Below are positions 46,218 through 58,100 of a DNA stretch of 64,000 nt, in pieces. A model generated the notes under the pieces. That model was not told where the DNA came from and ran no database searches. It saw nothing but the letters and a program-made list of their open reading frames with translations. Both the position numbers and the translations under genes were made by a program. The DNA comes from Bacteroidales bacterium (lineage in GTDB: Bacteria > Bacteroidota > Bacteroidia > Bacteroidales > UBA10428): assembly GCA_016934055.1 (NCBI GenBank), contig JAFGTR010000028.1:7929-71928 (forward strand), read 5' to 3'. Every line of letters starts with the position of its first letter. Position 1 is the stretch's first letter.

Positions 46218-47453
46218 ATGAAGTACATCTATTCAGCCGGTTTGCACATTTATTACCTCGGTATCCTGGCAGCATCTTTATTCAATCAGAAGGCGCGCTT
46301 ATGGATTCTCGGCAGGAAAAATGTTTTCCGTCAGATCAGGGAATCGGTTAAAAATGAACCGCTGATATGGATCCATGCAGCATCTCTGGGGGAGTTCGAA
46401 CAAGGCCGGCCAGTCATTGAGGAAATTAAGCATCGTTATAAAAAATATAAAATACTGCTCACCTTTTTTTCTCCATCAGGTTACGAAATTCGCAGGCAGT
46501 ATAATGGTGCTGACTATGTTTTTTATCTTCCACTTGACACAAGATACAATGCCCGTCGTTTCATCGGTCTGATAAACCCGGCCATGGCAATATTCATTAA
46601 ATATGAATTCTGGTATCATTACATTCATCAACTTTATAAGAGTCATATCCCCGTTTATCTTATTTCGGGTATTTTCAGACCTGATCAGATCTTTTTCAGA
46701 TTTTACGGCTGCTGGTTTCGCAAAATGCTTTTTTATTTCAGTCATCTGTTTGTGCAGACAGAAGAATCCAGACTTTTATTAAAAGATATTAAAATTAACA
46801 ACGTGACCCTGGCAGGAGATACACGGTTTGACCGTGTACTGCAAATCGCATCGGGGACCAGAAATATTCGGGTTGCTCAGGTTTTTAAAGGGGATAGTCC
46901 TTGTGTGGTTGCCGGCAGCACATGGCCTCCTGATGAAAATTTTCTGCTTGAGTTTATTCATGCTTATAACGGACAGGCTAAGTTCATCATAGCGCCTCAC
47001 GAAGTGCATGATGATCATATCCGGAAAATCATCCGGCAGCTTAAGAAACCTCATATAAGGTTTTCCTCGGCTCATGAAGATAATATTGCTGATAAACAGG
47101 TGCTCATCATTGACAACATTGGCATGCTTTCATCCTTATATCGTTATGGCGATATAGCTTATATCGGCGGCGGATTCGGCAATGGTATTCACAACATTCT
47201 CGAAGCTGCGACTTTTGGACTCCCCATAATATTTGGCCCCAACTATTCAAAATTCAATGAGGCGGTTGAACTGATCCGGCTGGGTGGAGCCTTGAGCTTC
47301 AACACTATGGAAGAACTGAACATAAACCTGAAACAATGGCTGGATTTCAGAGAAGCAAGATTAAAAGCCGGCAGTATTTCAAAAAATTTCGTTCACAAAA
47401 AAGCCGGTGCAACAGAGACTATTATCAACCGGATATTTTCAGAGCAGAAATAA
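46218..47453 (+). CDS. waaA: 3-deoxy-D-manno-octulosonic acid (Kdo) transferase
   Basis: IWIHAASLGEFEQGRPVIE is the typical KdtA N-terminal motif. GT30-like C-terminal half. Start moved to MKYIYS (ATG 46218). Confidence 0.88.
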   Translation: MKYIYSAGLHIYYLGILAASLFNQKARLWILGRKNVFRQIRESVKNEPLIWIHAASLGEFEQGRPVIEEIKHRYKKYKILLTFFSPSGYEIRRQYNGADYVFYLPLDTRYNARRFIGLINPAMAIFIKYEFWYHYIHQLYKSHIPVYLISGIFRPDQIFFRFYGCWFRKMLFYFSHLFVQTEESRLLLKDIKINNVTLAGDTRFDRVLQIASGTRNIRVAQVFKGDSPCVVAGSTWPPDENFLLEFIHAYNGQAKFIIAPHEVHDDHIRKIIRQLKKPHIRFSSAHEDNIADKQVLIIDNIGMLSSLYRYGDIAYIGGGFGNGIHNILEAATFGLPIIFGPNYSKFNEAVELIRLGGALSFNTMEELNINLKQWLDFREARLKAGSISKNFVHKKAGATETIINRIFSEQK

Positions 47454-47837
47454 GATAAGTCCATGATTTCAGTTTGCCTCCAGCAGGCAGAATCGTTATA
47501 CTCCTGAAATCTGATTCTCACGAATAAAATGCCTGAATCTCCGGAAAAAGCTGAAATTACAGTTATTCCTCACAGGCATTGCAACAAAAAGTGTTATGGC
47601 CTTTCTGACAAGGCAAACAGAAAAGAGTTAAATCGCGGATAAACAGCATTATCGCCGCATACAGGAAAAACACACACATTTCTTTCTGTTAATGATGAAA
47701 AAGTGACCGTTTATTCTTATATTTAACTTAAGTTGGAATTTATTGAAATTATAACCGGCAACCTGCATTATTTTATTATTTTTTTATTGTAAAACACGAT
47801 TATCATATTTAGTATACTAACCAATAATTATATTAAA

Positions 47838-48248
47838 ATGGGATTATTAGACAGTCTTTTAAGTATGGCTTCAGCTGCGCCTAAGGCTACAAAAACCAAC
47901 CAGAATGCAGTCACAAGTATTATGGACGTTTTGATGAACAACCAACAGGGCGGCGGCCTTGATAACATTGTGGATAAGCTTACAAAAGCAGGGCTTGGGA
48001 ATGCCGTAGGATCATGGATCAGCACAGGGAAAAACAAATCTGTTAAATCAAGTAAGCTCAGTAATGCGCTTGGCAGTGATATAGTCTCACAAATTGCCGG
48101 GAAACTTGGTGTGTCAAATTCTTCAGCTTCAGGATTGCTGGCAAAATTTCTGCCCCTGATCATTGACAAGCTGACCCCGGATGGAAAAACCTCCTCTGCA
48201 AGCCAGATAGGCGTTCAGGATATTCTGGGCAAGATCCTTAAACAATAA
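47838..48248 (+). CDS. YidB/DUF937-family protein
   Basis: 136 aa. GGLDNIVDKLTKAGLGNAVGSWISTGKN and LAKFLPLIIDKLTPDG match the DUF937 pattern. Confidence 0.65.
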   Translation: MGLLDSLLSMASAAPKATKTNQNAVTSIMDVLMNNQQGGGLDNIVDKLTKAGLGNAVGSWISTGKNKSVKSSKLSNALGSDIVSQIAGKLGVSNSSASGLLAKFLPLIIDKLTPDGKTSSASQIGVQDILGKILKQ

Positions 48249-48300
48249 AAGGTCTTCTTAAAAGGCACCTTTTGAGAAAAATTTATCCTTAAACACCTTA

Positions 48301-48335
48301 AGCCGGGTTAATCAACGCCCGGCTTTACTATTTTG
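48301..48335 (+). terminator. Rho-independent terminator after the yidB-like gene
   Basis: AGCCGGG-ttaatcaacg-CCCGGCT followed by TTACTATTTT. Confidence 0.6.
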
Positions 48336-48439
48336 AAGTCAGCCAACAGATTGATCTGTCCTCTGTAAATGAATTGTATTGTCTGAAAACGAATAATTTC
48401 TTGTTTTGATTGATTAAAACTTTTAGCTGTAAATCATGA

Positions 48440-48603
48440 CATGACCTTCAGTCTTTGTTCTTTCTTCTGATGTCTTTTATCTTGCTTCTTGGCTCCTGGT
48501 CTTTATTCTTGGCTCTATATTGATTTCCGATTTCCGAAGTTATAACACCCACACTACCCGTCACTCCTACCTGTCTTTTTTCTTTTATCTTTTATCTTTG
48601 ATC
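48440..48603. repeat. Pyrimidine-rich low-complexity tract with 7-, 8- and 20-nt stutters downstream of kdsB
   Basis: TTCTTGGCTC x2 (48486, 48506), GATTTCC x2, TCTTTTA/TCTTTGA x3. Confidence 0.5.
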
Positions 48604-49353
48604 TCACCTGCCTAACATCTTTACAGCCTTGGCCAGATCTTCCGGTGTATCAATACCAAAACTTTCATAATCGGTAAGTTTGACCAGTATGCGATAACCA
48701 TTTTCAATCCAGCGGAGTTGTTCAAGTGATTCAGCTTTTTCAAGGGGTGTTGTCTCAAGTTTTACTATGTCTGACAGAATCTCCCTGCGAAAGGCATATA
48801 ATCCGATATGCAGCAGGAAACTGTGATGATTATGCCATTCATCCTGTTGAGTTTCTCTCAGGTAGGGTATGGCAGACCGGCTGAAGTATATAGCTTCATT
48901 GTTTTTGTTCAGAACCACTTTTGGTTTATGCGGATCGAAAATCTCTTCAATATTATGCGCCGGCCTGGCCAGAGTTGCAATCTGTATTCTGTGATCCGAA
49001 AAACATGATTCAATAAGTGTCAGCTGAGCCGGTTGAATAAAGGGTTCATCTCCCTGAATGTTAACAATGATATCGAATACTGATGAATACAGTTTTTCAG
49101 CATGGCCCAGCGCTTCTGCACACCGTTCGGTACCACTTTTATGGGCTGCCGATGTCATAACAGCCTGTCCTCCAAAATTAATGACCGCAGATGAAATGCG
49201 CTCATCATCAGTAGCCACGACAACATGATGAAAAACCTTGCATGCCTGTTCATACACCCTTTGAATCATCGGCTTTCCTCCCATATCAGCCAGCGGTTTT
49301 CCGGGGAACCTGGAAGAAGCAAAACGTGCCGGTATTATAGCAATACTTTTCAT
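48604..49353 (-). CDS. kdsB: 3-deoxy-manno-octulosonate cytidylyltransferase (CMP-Kdo synthetase)
   Basis: AIIPARFASSRFPGKPLADMGGKPMI and IVNIQGDEP. Start moved to MKSIAII. Confidence 0.9.
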   Translation of the reverse strand: MKSIAIIPARFASSRFPGKPLADMGGKPMIQRVYEQACKVFHHVVVATDDERISSAVINFGGQAVMTSAAHKSGTERCAEALGHAEKLYSSVFDIIVNIQGDEPFIQPAQLTLIESCFSDHRIQIATLARPAHNIEEIFDPHKPKVVLNKNNEAIYFSRSAIPYLRETQQDEWHNHHSFLLHIGLYAFRREILSDIVKLETTPLEKAESLEQLRWIENGYRILVKLTDYESFGIDTPEDLAKAVKMLGR

Positions 49354-49552
49354 ACGCATAAGCCGTTTAAATAACAGGATCTGCAAATATGCAGACTTTG
49401 GCAAAAACCTGTTAAAACACGACCAAATGTAATGAATAATTAGCGTTCAATAAAACATGAAAAAATGGCAGTAACATTTTCCTCAAAAACGATTATTATT
49501 GTAATTTTGTCAGACGGAAATATCCATAAGCCATGTTTTTGGAGAAAAATAA

Positions 49553-50794
49553 ATGGAAAATATTGAATTACAGAAAATAAAACAGCGTTTTAGCATCATT
49601 GGCAACGCTCCCGGTTTAAACCGTGCTATTGACATTGCCCTGCAGGTAGCCCCTACCGATCTTTCAGTTTTGATTACCGGAGAAAGCGGTGTTGGGAAAG
49701 AAGTTTTTCCCAAGATTATTCATCAGTTCAGTTCCCGCAAACATGGGACTTATATTGCTGTGAATTGCGGCGCTATACCTGAAGGAACAATTGATTCAGA
49801 ATTATTTGGTCATGAAAAAGGCTCTTTTACCGGTGCTTATGAGAGCCGGAAAGGTTATTTTGAAGTAGCTAACGGCGGAACCATATTTCTTGATGAGATT
49901 GCAGAGCTTCCCCTGTCCACACAGGTAAGATTATTAAGGGTTCTTGAAACGGGTGAGTTTTTGAAAGTCGGATCATCTAAAGTGGTTAAAACCAATGTCA
50001 GGGTTATTGCAGCGACCAATGTTGACATTCAGCATGCTATTCAGGAAGAGCGTTTTCGGGAAGATCTTTTTTACAGGCTCAACACAGTGCCCATTGAAAT
50101 ACCACCTTTGCGGGACAGAAAAGAGGACATTATGCTGTTATTCCGCAAATTTGCTATAGATTTTGCCGAAAAAAACCGGATGCCGGCCATCACCCTTTCA
50201 GATGACGCCATGAGAATCCTTTCAAACTATCGCTGGCCCGGCCATATACGTCAGCTGAAAAATATCACCGAACAGATATCGATCATTGAATCAAAAAGGG
50301 AAATCACCGCTGAAATATTACAGCAATATCTTCCCGATTATTATGAATCAAAATTGCCCGCATTATATGATGCAATCGATCAGAAGACATTTGCCACAGA
50401 AAGGGAGATCCTGTATAAGATACTTTTTGATATGAAAAATGATGTCAATGACCTGAAAAAACTTGTTTTTGAGATTATGCAACACGGTCCGGCCGCTGCT
50501 GAAGTACACGAAGGCCATGCCAGTGTTATACAGAAACTTTATGAAGATGTGGATGCGGTCATGACCGATGAAAAGGCCGCGCGTAAGTTTGAAATAATAA
50601 AACCTCAATCTGATAATATCCAGGACACCCAGGAGGTCTTTGAAGAATCATTGTCTCTGGCAGACAAAGAAATGGAGCTTATTATCAAAGCACTGGAAAA
50701 ACATCACGGCAAACGAAAAAATGCGGCCAATGAGCTGGGTATCTCAGAACGGACATTGTACAGAAAAATTAAAGAATACAATATTGAAGATTAA
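49553..50794 (+). CDS. Sigma-54-dependent transcriptional activator (bEBP) without an N-terminal sensory/receiver domain
   Basis: The AAA+ core starts about 20 aa from the N-terminus. Walker A GESGVGKE, GAFTGA-loop variant GSFTGA, Walker B IFLDEI, RVIAATN, C-terminal Fis-type HTH ELGISERTLYRKIKEY. An insert of about 110 aa sits between the AAA+ core and the HTH. Confidence 0.9.
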   Translation: MENIELQKIKQRFSIIGNAPGLNRAIDIALQVAPTDLSVLITGESGVGKEVFPKIIHQFSSRKHGTYIAVNCGAIPEGTIDSELFGHEKGSFTGAYESRKGYFEVANGGTIFLDEIAELPLSTQVRLLRVLETGEFLKVGSSKVVKTNVRVIAATNVDIQHAIQEERFREDLFYRLNTVPIEIPPLRDRKEDIMLLFRKFAIDFAEKNRMPAITLSDDAMRILSNYRWPGHIRQLKNITEQISIIESKREITAEILQQYLPDYYESKLPALYDAIDQKTFATEREILYKILFDMKNDVNDLKKLVFEIMQHGPAAAEVHEGHASVIQKLYEDVDAVMTDEKAARKFEIIKPQSDNIQDTQEVFEESLSLADKEMELIIKALEKHHGKRKNAANELGISERTLYRKIKEYNIED

Positions 50795-50800
50795 AATGTT

Positions 50801-51313
50801 ATGAAAAGAACCTTGACATGGACAATCATTTTGTGGGTCTCATGGTTGACTCAGGGTTGTTTTACCTTTTCACTGACCACAAAGGATGCCTCAATACCAA
50901 TTGAAGCGGAGACTGTTTCTGTACAATACTTTCAGAATATGGCCAGGATCGTTGAACCTGCTCTCAGCCAACAGTTAACGGATGATCTGAAAGATTATAT
51001 ACAGGAAAATACCAGACTGAAGCTGATCAATGGGGCAGGCGACCTTGATTTCGAAGGAACCATAACCGGTTATGATATAAAACCGGTATCCATAACATCT
51101 GATGAACAGGCAGCACAAAACCGTTTTACGATAACAGTTAAAGTGAAGTATACATGCTCCGTAAAAGAGGACATGGATTATGATGCCAGTTTCTCAAGAT
51201 ATGAAGATTTTGATTCTTCACAGGATTTTGAGACTGTAAAAAATGATATGACCGAAAGGATAATGAAGTTGCTTATAGAAGATATCTATAATAAAGCATT
51301 TGTTAACTGGTGA
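50801..51313 (+). CDS. LptE-like lipoprotein
   Basis: Lipobox LTQGC. 170 aa. The position between the sigma-54 activator and secG is, as I recall, conserved in Bacteroidota. Confidence 0.55.
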   Translation: MKRTLTWTIILWVSWLTQGCFTFSLTTKDASIPIEAETVSVQYFQNMARIVEPALSQQLTDDLKDYIQENTRLKLINGAGDLDFEGTITGYDIKPVSITSDEQAAQNRFTITVKVKYTCSVKEDMDYDASFSRYEDFDSSQDFETVKNDMTERIMKLLIEDIYNKAFVNW

Positions 51314-51320
51314 TACAGGT

Positions 51321-52316
51321 ATGCTGAGTAATGACATATTGATAAAATACATTGACAATCCGGAATTGCTGAATTCACAGTCATTAAAGGAAATTCAGCT
51401 TCTGACAGACCAATATCCTTTCTTTCAGACTGCCCGTTTACTGGAAGTCAAAAATCATCATGCTGCCGGTTCTTCCGGTTTTCAGTCGAAACTCCATTTT
51501 GGGGCAGCCTATGTTGCTGATCGCAAAATCCTGTATGAACTTATTTATCCTCTTGAAACAAAAACCATAAGGTCCGAAGAGAAAGAGAAAGATGAAACCG
51601 TGACCGGAAAAGTTGAAAAAGAAATAAAACCCACCCTGAAAGAGAACATTGCCGACATCATGGCAACCCAATTGCAAATAATCGATTCGCTCGATCCTGA
51701 GGCTGCTGAACTGATCCCTATGATTTCCCTTGATATTGAAAAGGAATACGGCGGATTGGAAACAGAAGAAAATATCATGAGCCATGAAAATACCGGTGAT
51801 GAGATTATATGGCTTGAAGGGGCTGAAACTGATCACCTGGTTTCAGTTAATCAGGATGAACCCTCGGTTTTGTCGGTTGATAAACACGAAGCCCTGATTG
51901 ACCTGGAGGAAGAAGATACAGTTGAACAGGTTTCCGCAGATATTGATCTGAAAACTGAACAGCCGGCGGAAAATGAAATGCATCAGGAAGCCGGACCTGA
52001 TGTTCCGGATATACAGCAGGAAACTGAAATTCCGGACAAAGATGAAACTCCCAGTAAAAGTACATTAATTGACCGCTTTATTGAGACAAATCCTCGTATT
52101 GCACCACCGGTTGGACCTGTCCCGGAAATTGATGTATCAGCGGAAAGTGTTAAGGAAGATGAAGGATTTCTTACTGATACACTGGCAAAAATTTATGTTA
52201 AACAGGGGTATTATTCAAAAGCTATTTTTGCTTATGAAAAATTGATGTTGAAATATCCGGAAAAAAGTACTTACTTTGCAGCCCAAATTGAAGAGATTAA
52301 AAAAATAATGGAATAG
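51321..52316 (+). CDS. Hypothetical acidic protein with a C-terminal TPR-like motif
   Basis: The central region is very D/E-rich. The C-terminus YVKQGYYSKAIFAYEKLMLKYPEKSTYFAAQIEEIKK is TPR-like. Start moved to ATG 51321. Confidence 0.5.
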   Translation: MLSNDILIKYIDNPELLNSQSLKEIQLLTDQYPFFQTARLLEVKNHHAAGSSGFQSKLHFGAAYVADRKILYELIYPLETKTIRSEEKEKDETVTGKVEKEIKPTLKENIADIMATQLQIIDSLDPEAAELIPMISLDIEKEYGGLETEENIMSHENTGDEIIWLEGAETDHLVSVNQDEPSVLSVDKHEALIDLEEEDTVEQVSADIDLKTEQPAENEMHQEAGPDVPDIQQETEIPDKDETPSKSTLIDRFIETNPRIAPPVGPVPEIDVSAESVKEDEGFLTDTLAKIYVKQGYYSKAIFAYEKLMLKYPEKSTYFAAQIEEIKKIME

Positions 52317-52335
52317 TTCACTGTGAACCGTGAAC

Positions 52336-52383
52336 ATCAAATCATCAAATCATTAAATCATCAAATCATTAAATCAATAAATA
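52336..52383. repeat. Six tandem 8-nt units (ATCAAATC ATCAAATC ATTAAATC ATCAAATC ATTAAATC AATAAATA) ending 4 nt before the secG ATG
   Basis: Read directly. Preceded by GTGAAC x2 (52323, 52330). Confidence 0.8.
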
Positions 52384-52387
52384 AACT

Positions 52388-52711
52388 ATGTACGGATTAA
52401 TTATAGGAATTGTCTTGTTTCTTTCCATTCTTCTGATCCTTGTTATCCTGGTTCAGAATCCCAAAGGAGGAGGTCTGGCATCCGGATTTTCATCTTCCAA
52501 TCAAATTATGGGCGTTAAGCGAACAGCTGATTTTATTGAAAAAGCCACATGGGGTTTTGCCTCCGCTATTGTAGCGTTGAGCATAATTGCCACAATGTTT
52601 ATTAACCGGAATAAAGAAACCGGAATCCAGACCAAGATCCAAAATATTGAAAATGCTATTCCCGCTGATCAGATGCCAACTTATCCCACCAATATACCCG
52701 GGGAAGAATAA
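52388..52711 (+). CDS. secG: Preprotein translocase subunit SecG
   Basis: 107 aa with two TM helices. LVQNPKGGGL is the SecG signature. Confidence 0.85.
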   Translation: MYGLIIGIVLFLSILLILVILVQNPKGGGLASGFSSSNQIMGVKRTADFIEKATWGFASAIVALSIIATMFINRNKETGIQTKIQNIENAIPADQMPTYPTNIPGEE

Positions 52712-52744
52712 GACTGTTATATCAAAAGGATAATGAAGAAATAT

Positions 52745-52783
52745 AAAAAAGTGTCAGTATGTCATAGTAACTGACACTTTTTT
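52745..52783 (+). terminator. Rho-independent terminator after secG (13-bp stem, symmetric A/T tracts)
   Basis: AAAAAAGTGTCAG-tatgtcatagtaa-CTGACACTTTTTT. Confidence 0.8.
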
Positions 52784-52929
52784 ATTCTGTGACAGAAATG
52801 CAGACTTTTTTACAAGATACTGAAATTCTGTTTTTTAATGCTTTCAGCCGGATTTTCTTTTGTTTATCCATTACGGAAAACCTGAAAAACTGTCCATTCC
52901 GGGCATGATAAAATACATGTTATTGTATT

Positions 52930-52945
52930 TGGCACAGAATTCGCT
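52930..52945 (+). promoter_or_regulatory. Sigma-54 -24/-12 promoter candidate upstream of groES
   Basis: TGGCAC-AGAAT-TCGC-T versus the consensus TGGCAC-N5-TTGCw. There is one mismatch, and GG/GC and spacing are intact. It lies 50 nt upstream of the groES ATG, after the secG terminator. Confidence 0.5.
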
Positions 52946-52994
52946 AACAGTCAATACGAATTTTTAAGATATGTTTAACTTAAAATAATAGGAT

Positions 52995-53273
52995 ATGTCA
53001 GATGTAAAAATTAAACCTTTAGCCGACAGGGTGGTTATAAAACCATTGGAAGCCCAGGAAAAAACTGTTAGCGGGATCATCATCCCCGATTCTGCCAAGG
53101 AAAAACCCCAGCGTGGAACTGTCGTTGCAGCAGGACCCGGTACAAAAGATGAAAAAATTGAAGTGAAAGTAGGTGATGTTGTTTTGTATGGAAAATATGC
53201 AGGAACAGAAATCAACATCGATGGCACGGATTATCTGATCATGAAGCAGACTGATATTCTGGCCATTGTATAA
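52995..53273 (+). CDS. groES: Co-chaperonin GroES
   Basis: [12 protein letters not shown]...[24 protein letters not shown]... 92 aa. Confidence 0.96.
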   Translation: MSDVKIKPLADRVVIKPLEAQEKTVSGIIIPDSAKEKPQRGTVVAAGPGTKDEKIEVKVGDVVLYGKYAGTEINIDGTDYLIMKQTDILAIV

Positions 53274-53292
53274 CCTTATGAATAAACAATAA

Positions 53293-54945
<1,653 letters not shown>

Positions 54946-54965
54946 AATATATTTCCTTTTAACAT

Positions 54966-54998
54966 AAAAACCTCGTCGGCATGACGGGGTTTTTTTTT
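54966..54998 (+). terminator. Rho-independent terminator after groEL
   Basis: AAAAACCTCGTC-ggcat-GACGGGGTTTTTTTTT. Confidence 0.85.
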
Positions 54999-55146
54999 GC
55001 CTGACACCTCTCGTTTTTGAATCATATTAGATTGCATTTCATTAAAACATTGTGTAAATTTATTTGTAAAGTACGGCATGAATGGCAGTTTTGACTTTTC
55101 TGTACATTGGATGCTCCAATGATATTCTGCAAGGTTATCAGTGATT

Positions 55147-58100
55147 ATGTTTAAAAGGAAAAGCCTGGCGAAGATGAAAGAAGAAAAAAATCCGGAGAAA
55201 ATTTTTGATCAGTTTTTCTCAAACAGCATAGATCTTCTTTGTATTGCCGATATGCAGGGCTATTTCAGAAAGCTCAATCCGGAATGGGAACGTACCCTGG
55301 GTTATTCATTATCCGAACTGGAGGGAAAAAAGTTTATTGAATTTGTTCATCCTGAAGATGTTGAGAATACTGTTGAAGCTACAGTTCAACTGGCAAACAA
55401 TCGGCAGGTACACAACTTCATAAACCGATACAGACACAAGGATGGTTCATACCGTTGGATAGAATGGCGATCATTTCCCGCAGAAGAAATGATCTATGCC
55501 TCAGCACATGATATTACGGAACAGAAAAAGACCGAAGAGGCTTTGAAAGAAAGTGAAGAAAGGAATCGCCTTATTTCTTCGCTGGTTGCAGATTACGTAT
55601 TTAAATTTGAAGTGGATGAAAATAAAAATCTGAACCTGACCTATATTTCTGAAAACTTCAGAGAATTAACCGGCCGGACCACCGATGAAGCAAAGGATAT
55701 CAGCAACTGGGCGAATATATTTTATCCGGAAGACTTGCCAAAAGTTCAGCAATTCATACAACAAATGCTGTCGGACGCCAGACCCGGTGAACTGGAATGC
55801 AGATCATTGACGAAAGGAAGAATACGATGGATAAGCATATATGCAAAACCCGGGACTGATGAAACAACAGGACGGGTTATTTCCATAACCGGTGCTGTTA
55901 AGGATATTTCAGGTAAAAAAGCAGCAGAAACGGAACTGCGGCAAAGTGAGGAAAAATTCCGCTCTATCGTAGAGCATTCCCTGGCCGGCATTTTCACGAT
56001 TGATGAAAACTTCCGTTTTATTTATGTTAATGATGAATTGTGCAAAATTGCAGGTTATTCCCACGATGCAATTATCGGCATGGACTTTCGTAAGCTTTTG
56101 TCACCAAAAAGCCTTGAAATGGTTGTTGATCGATATAGACGCAGACAAAAGGGAGAAGTCGTGCCCCACCGTTATGAAATTGACATAATTCGTGGTGACG
56201 GGGAAATCCGACAGGCTGAAATGATGGTGAATGTTATTAAAAATAGTGAAGGAAAACCCCGCAGTATGGGACAGCTCATTGACATTACCGAACGGAAAAA
56301 GACTGAAAATGATTTGCGCGAAAGTGAGTTTCGTTTACGCAGCTTTATTGAAGAATCCCTCGAAGGTGTGGTTATAATAAATGAAAAAGGCCTTATTGAA
56401 GAATGGAACCAGAAGGCTGAAACCATCACAGATCTATCACGTGATAAGGCCATTAATCAGTATTGGTGGCATATCATCTATGAGTTGCTGCCACCTGAAA
56501 GGCGCACTATTATATCGGAAAAACAACTGGAAAACGCCATTAAGGAAATCCTGAAAACCGGAAAAATAACCTCTAAACCAAATGATAATTACGCCATTAA
56601 ACATCCTGATGGTGTAATCAAATATATCGAACAAAAGGAATTTACCATCAAAACGGAAACCGGTTACCGCATCGCCGGTATCCTGACAGATATTACAGAT
56701 AAAATCCAAACCGAAGCATCACTGGAACAGGCCAGAATGTTTAACGATGCCTTGCTTGAAAGCACGCCGGGTCTTGTTTACATATACGATGAAAAGGGTA
56801 ACCTTGTAAGCTGGAACAAGCGTCATGAAACAGAAACCGGTTATGATGCCGGCGAACTTGCCCATATGAACCTTTACGACTGGTTTAAGGATGAGATTAA
56901 AAAAACTACCAAAAACAAAATAAAGGATTTTTCAGCCGAAACCGTTATGAATTACGAGGCACCCATCATCAAAAAAAACGGTGATGAAGTTCTGTATTAT
57001 TTTTCTACCGTTACCACAATGATTAACGGAAAGAAATATTATGTAGGGATAGGTTTGGATATATCCGAACAAAAACGTATAGAAAACGAGCTCCGGCAGT
57101 TTGCCGGATTACATCAGACCATACTCGATACCGTTTCGGTAGGTCTCATCTATGTTAAGGATCGTAAAATCCAATGGGCAAACAGCTTATTCTTCAGAAT
57201 GTACGGTTATGAATACCAGGAAACATTTGAGGCTGACACATCTATGCTGTATAAAAGCAAAGAAGATTACCGGAGGATTGGAAAAGAGGCTTATCCTGTA
57301 CTGGCTAAAGGCGAAATATATTCCACCGAAACACAGGCGAAAAAGAAAGATGGCAGTGTTTTTTGGGTTTTCTTAAGTGGAAAAGCCCTGGATCCGGACA
57401 AGCCCGAAGAGGGTTCCATCTGGATGATACAGGATATCACTGAAAGAAGGAATACTGAGCTTGCCCTGAAAAAAAGTGAAGCTCAGTTCAGAGACATGAC
57501 CCAGAACATTCCGGGAATGGTCTTTCAATTTTATACCCGTAAAAATGGTGATCAGGGGTTTAATTATGTCAGTGATCAGTCATTGAAATTCCTGGGAATT
57601 GAAAAAGAAAAAACCACGGATTTTTATAATGAATTCATTAATGGTATTGCTGAAGAAGACCGGCAAAGATTTTTTTCTTCAGTTCAGACAGCAGTTAACA
57701 ACATGTCGAGATGGCAATTTGAAGGAAAATACGTTAAGCGCGATGGAAAACATATGTATTTCAAGGGTATAGCCCAACCAAAGATGGCAGACCAGGAAAT
57801 TATTTTTGACGGATTGATACTTGATGTCACTGAAAAAAGAATGGCCGAAGAAAGACTGCGCGAAAGCGAACAACTCTATCGAAGTATAGTTGAGATGGCC
57901 CCTGACGGGATAACCCTTATCGATCTGACAGGTAAAATACTGATGTGCAACAAACAAATGGCGACACTTCTGGGCTATGATGACATTGATCAGGTCATCG
58001 GCCTAAAAGTAACAGATGTCATCGCACCGGAGTTACACACCAAACTGATACAGGATTCACATTACATACAGGAACATGGCCATTCAGAAAGTTTGCGCTA

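Noticed and set aside
52336-52383. Whether the tandem 8-nt arrays (here and at 11884, 1024 and 3380) could be a CRISPR array or a degenerate one.
   Set aside because: The units are 7-9 nt and directly abutting, with no spacers. There are no cas genes. CRISPR repeats are 23-50 nt and are separated by unique spacers.
52449-52459. An 11-nt match (CCTGGTTCAGA) inside secG to the terminal inverted repeat of the 3371-3517 palindromic spacer.
   Set aside because: It is a single arm only, lies within conserved SecG coding sequence (ILVQNP), and has no partner inverted copy nearby. It is most likely coincidence.
52979-52988. A shared 10-mer TTAAAATAAT in the groES leader and in the lon-promoter palindrome (16249-16258 region), considered as a possible common operator half-site.
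   Set aside because: At this AT content a 10-nt AT-only word is expected about once per window by chance (roughly 0.3^10 x 128 kb, about 0.8). In groES it is not part of a palindrome.
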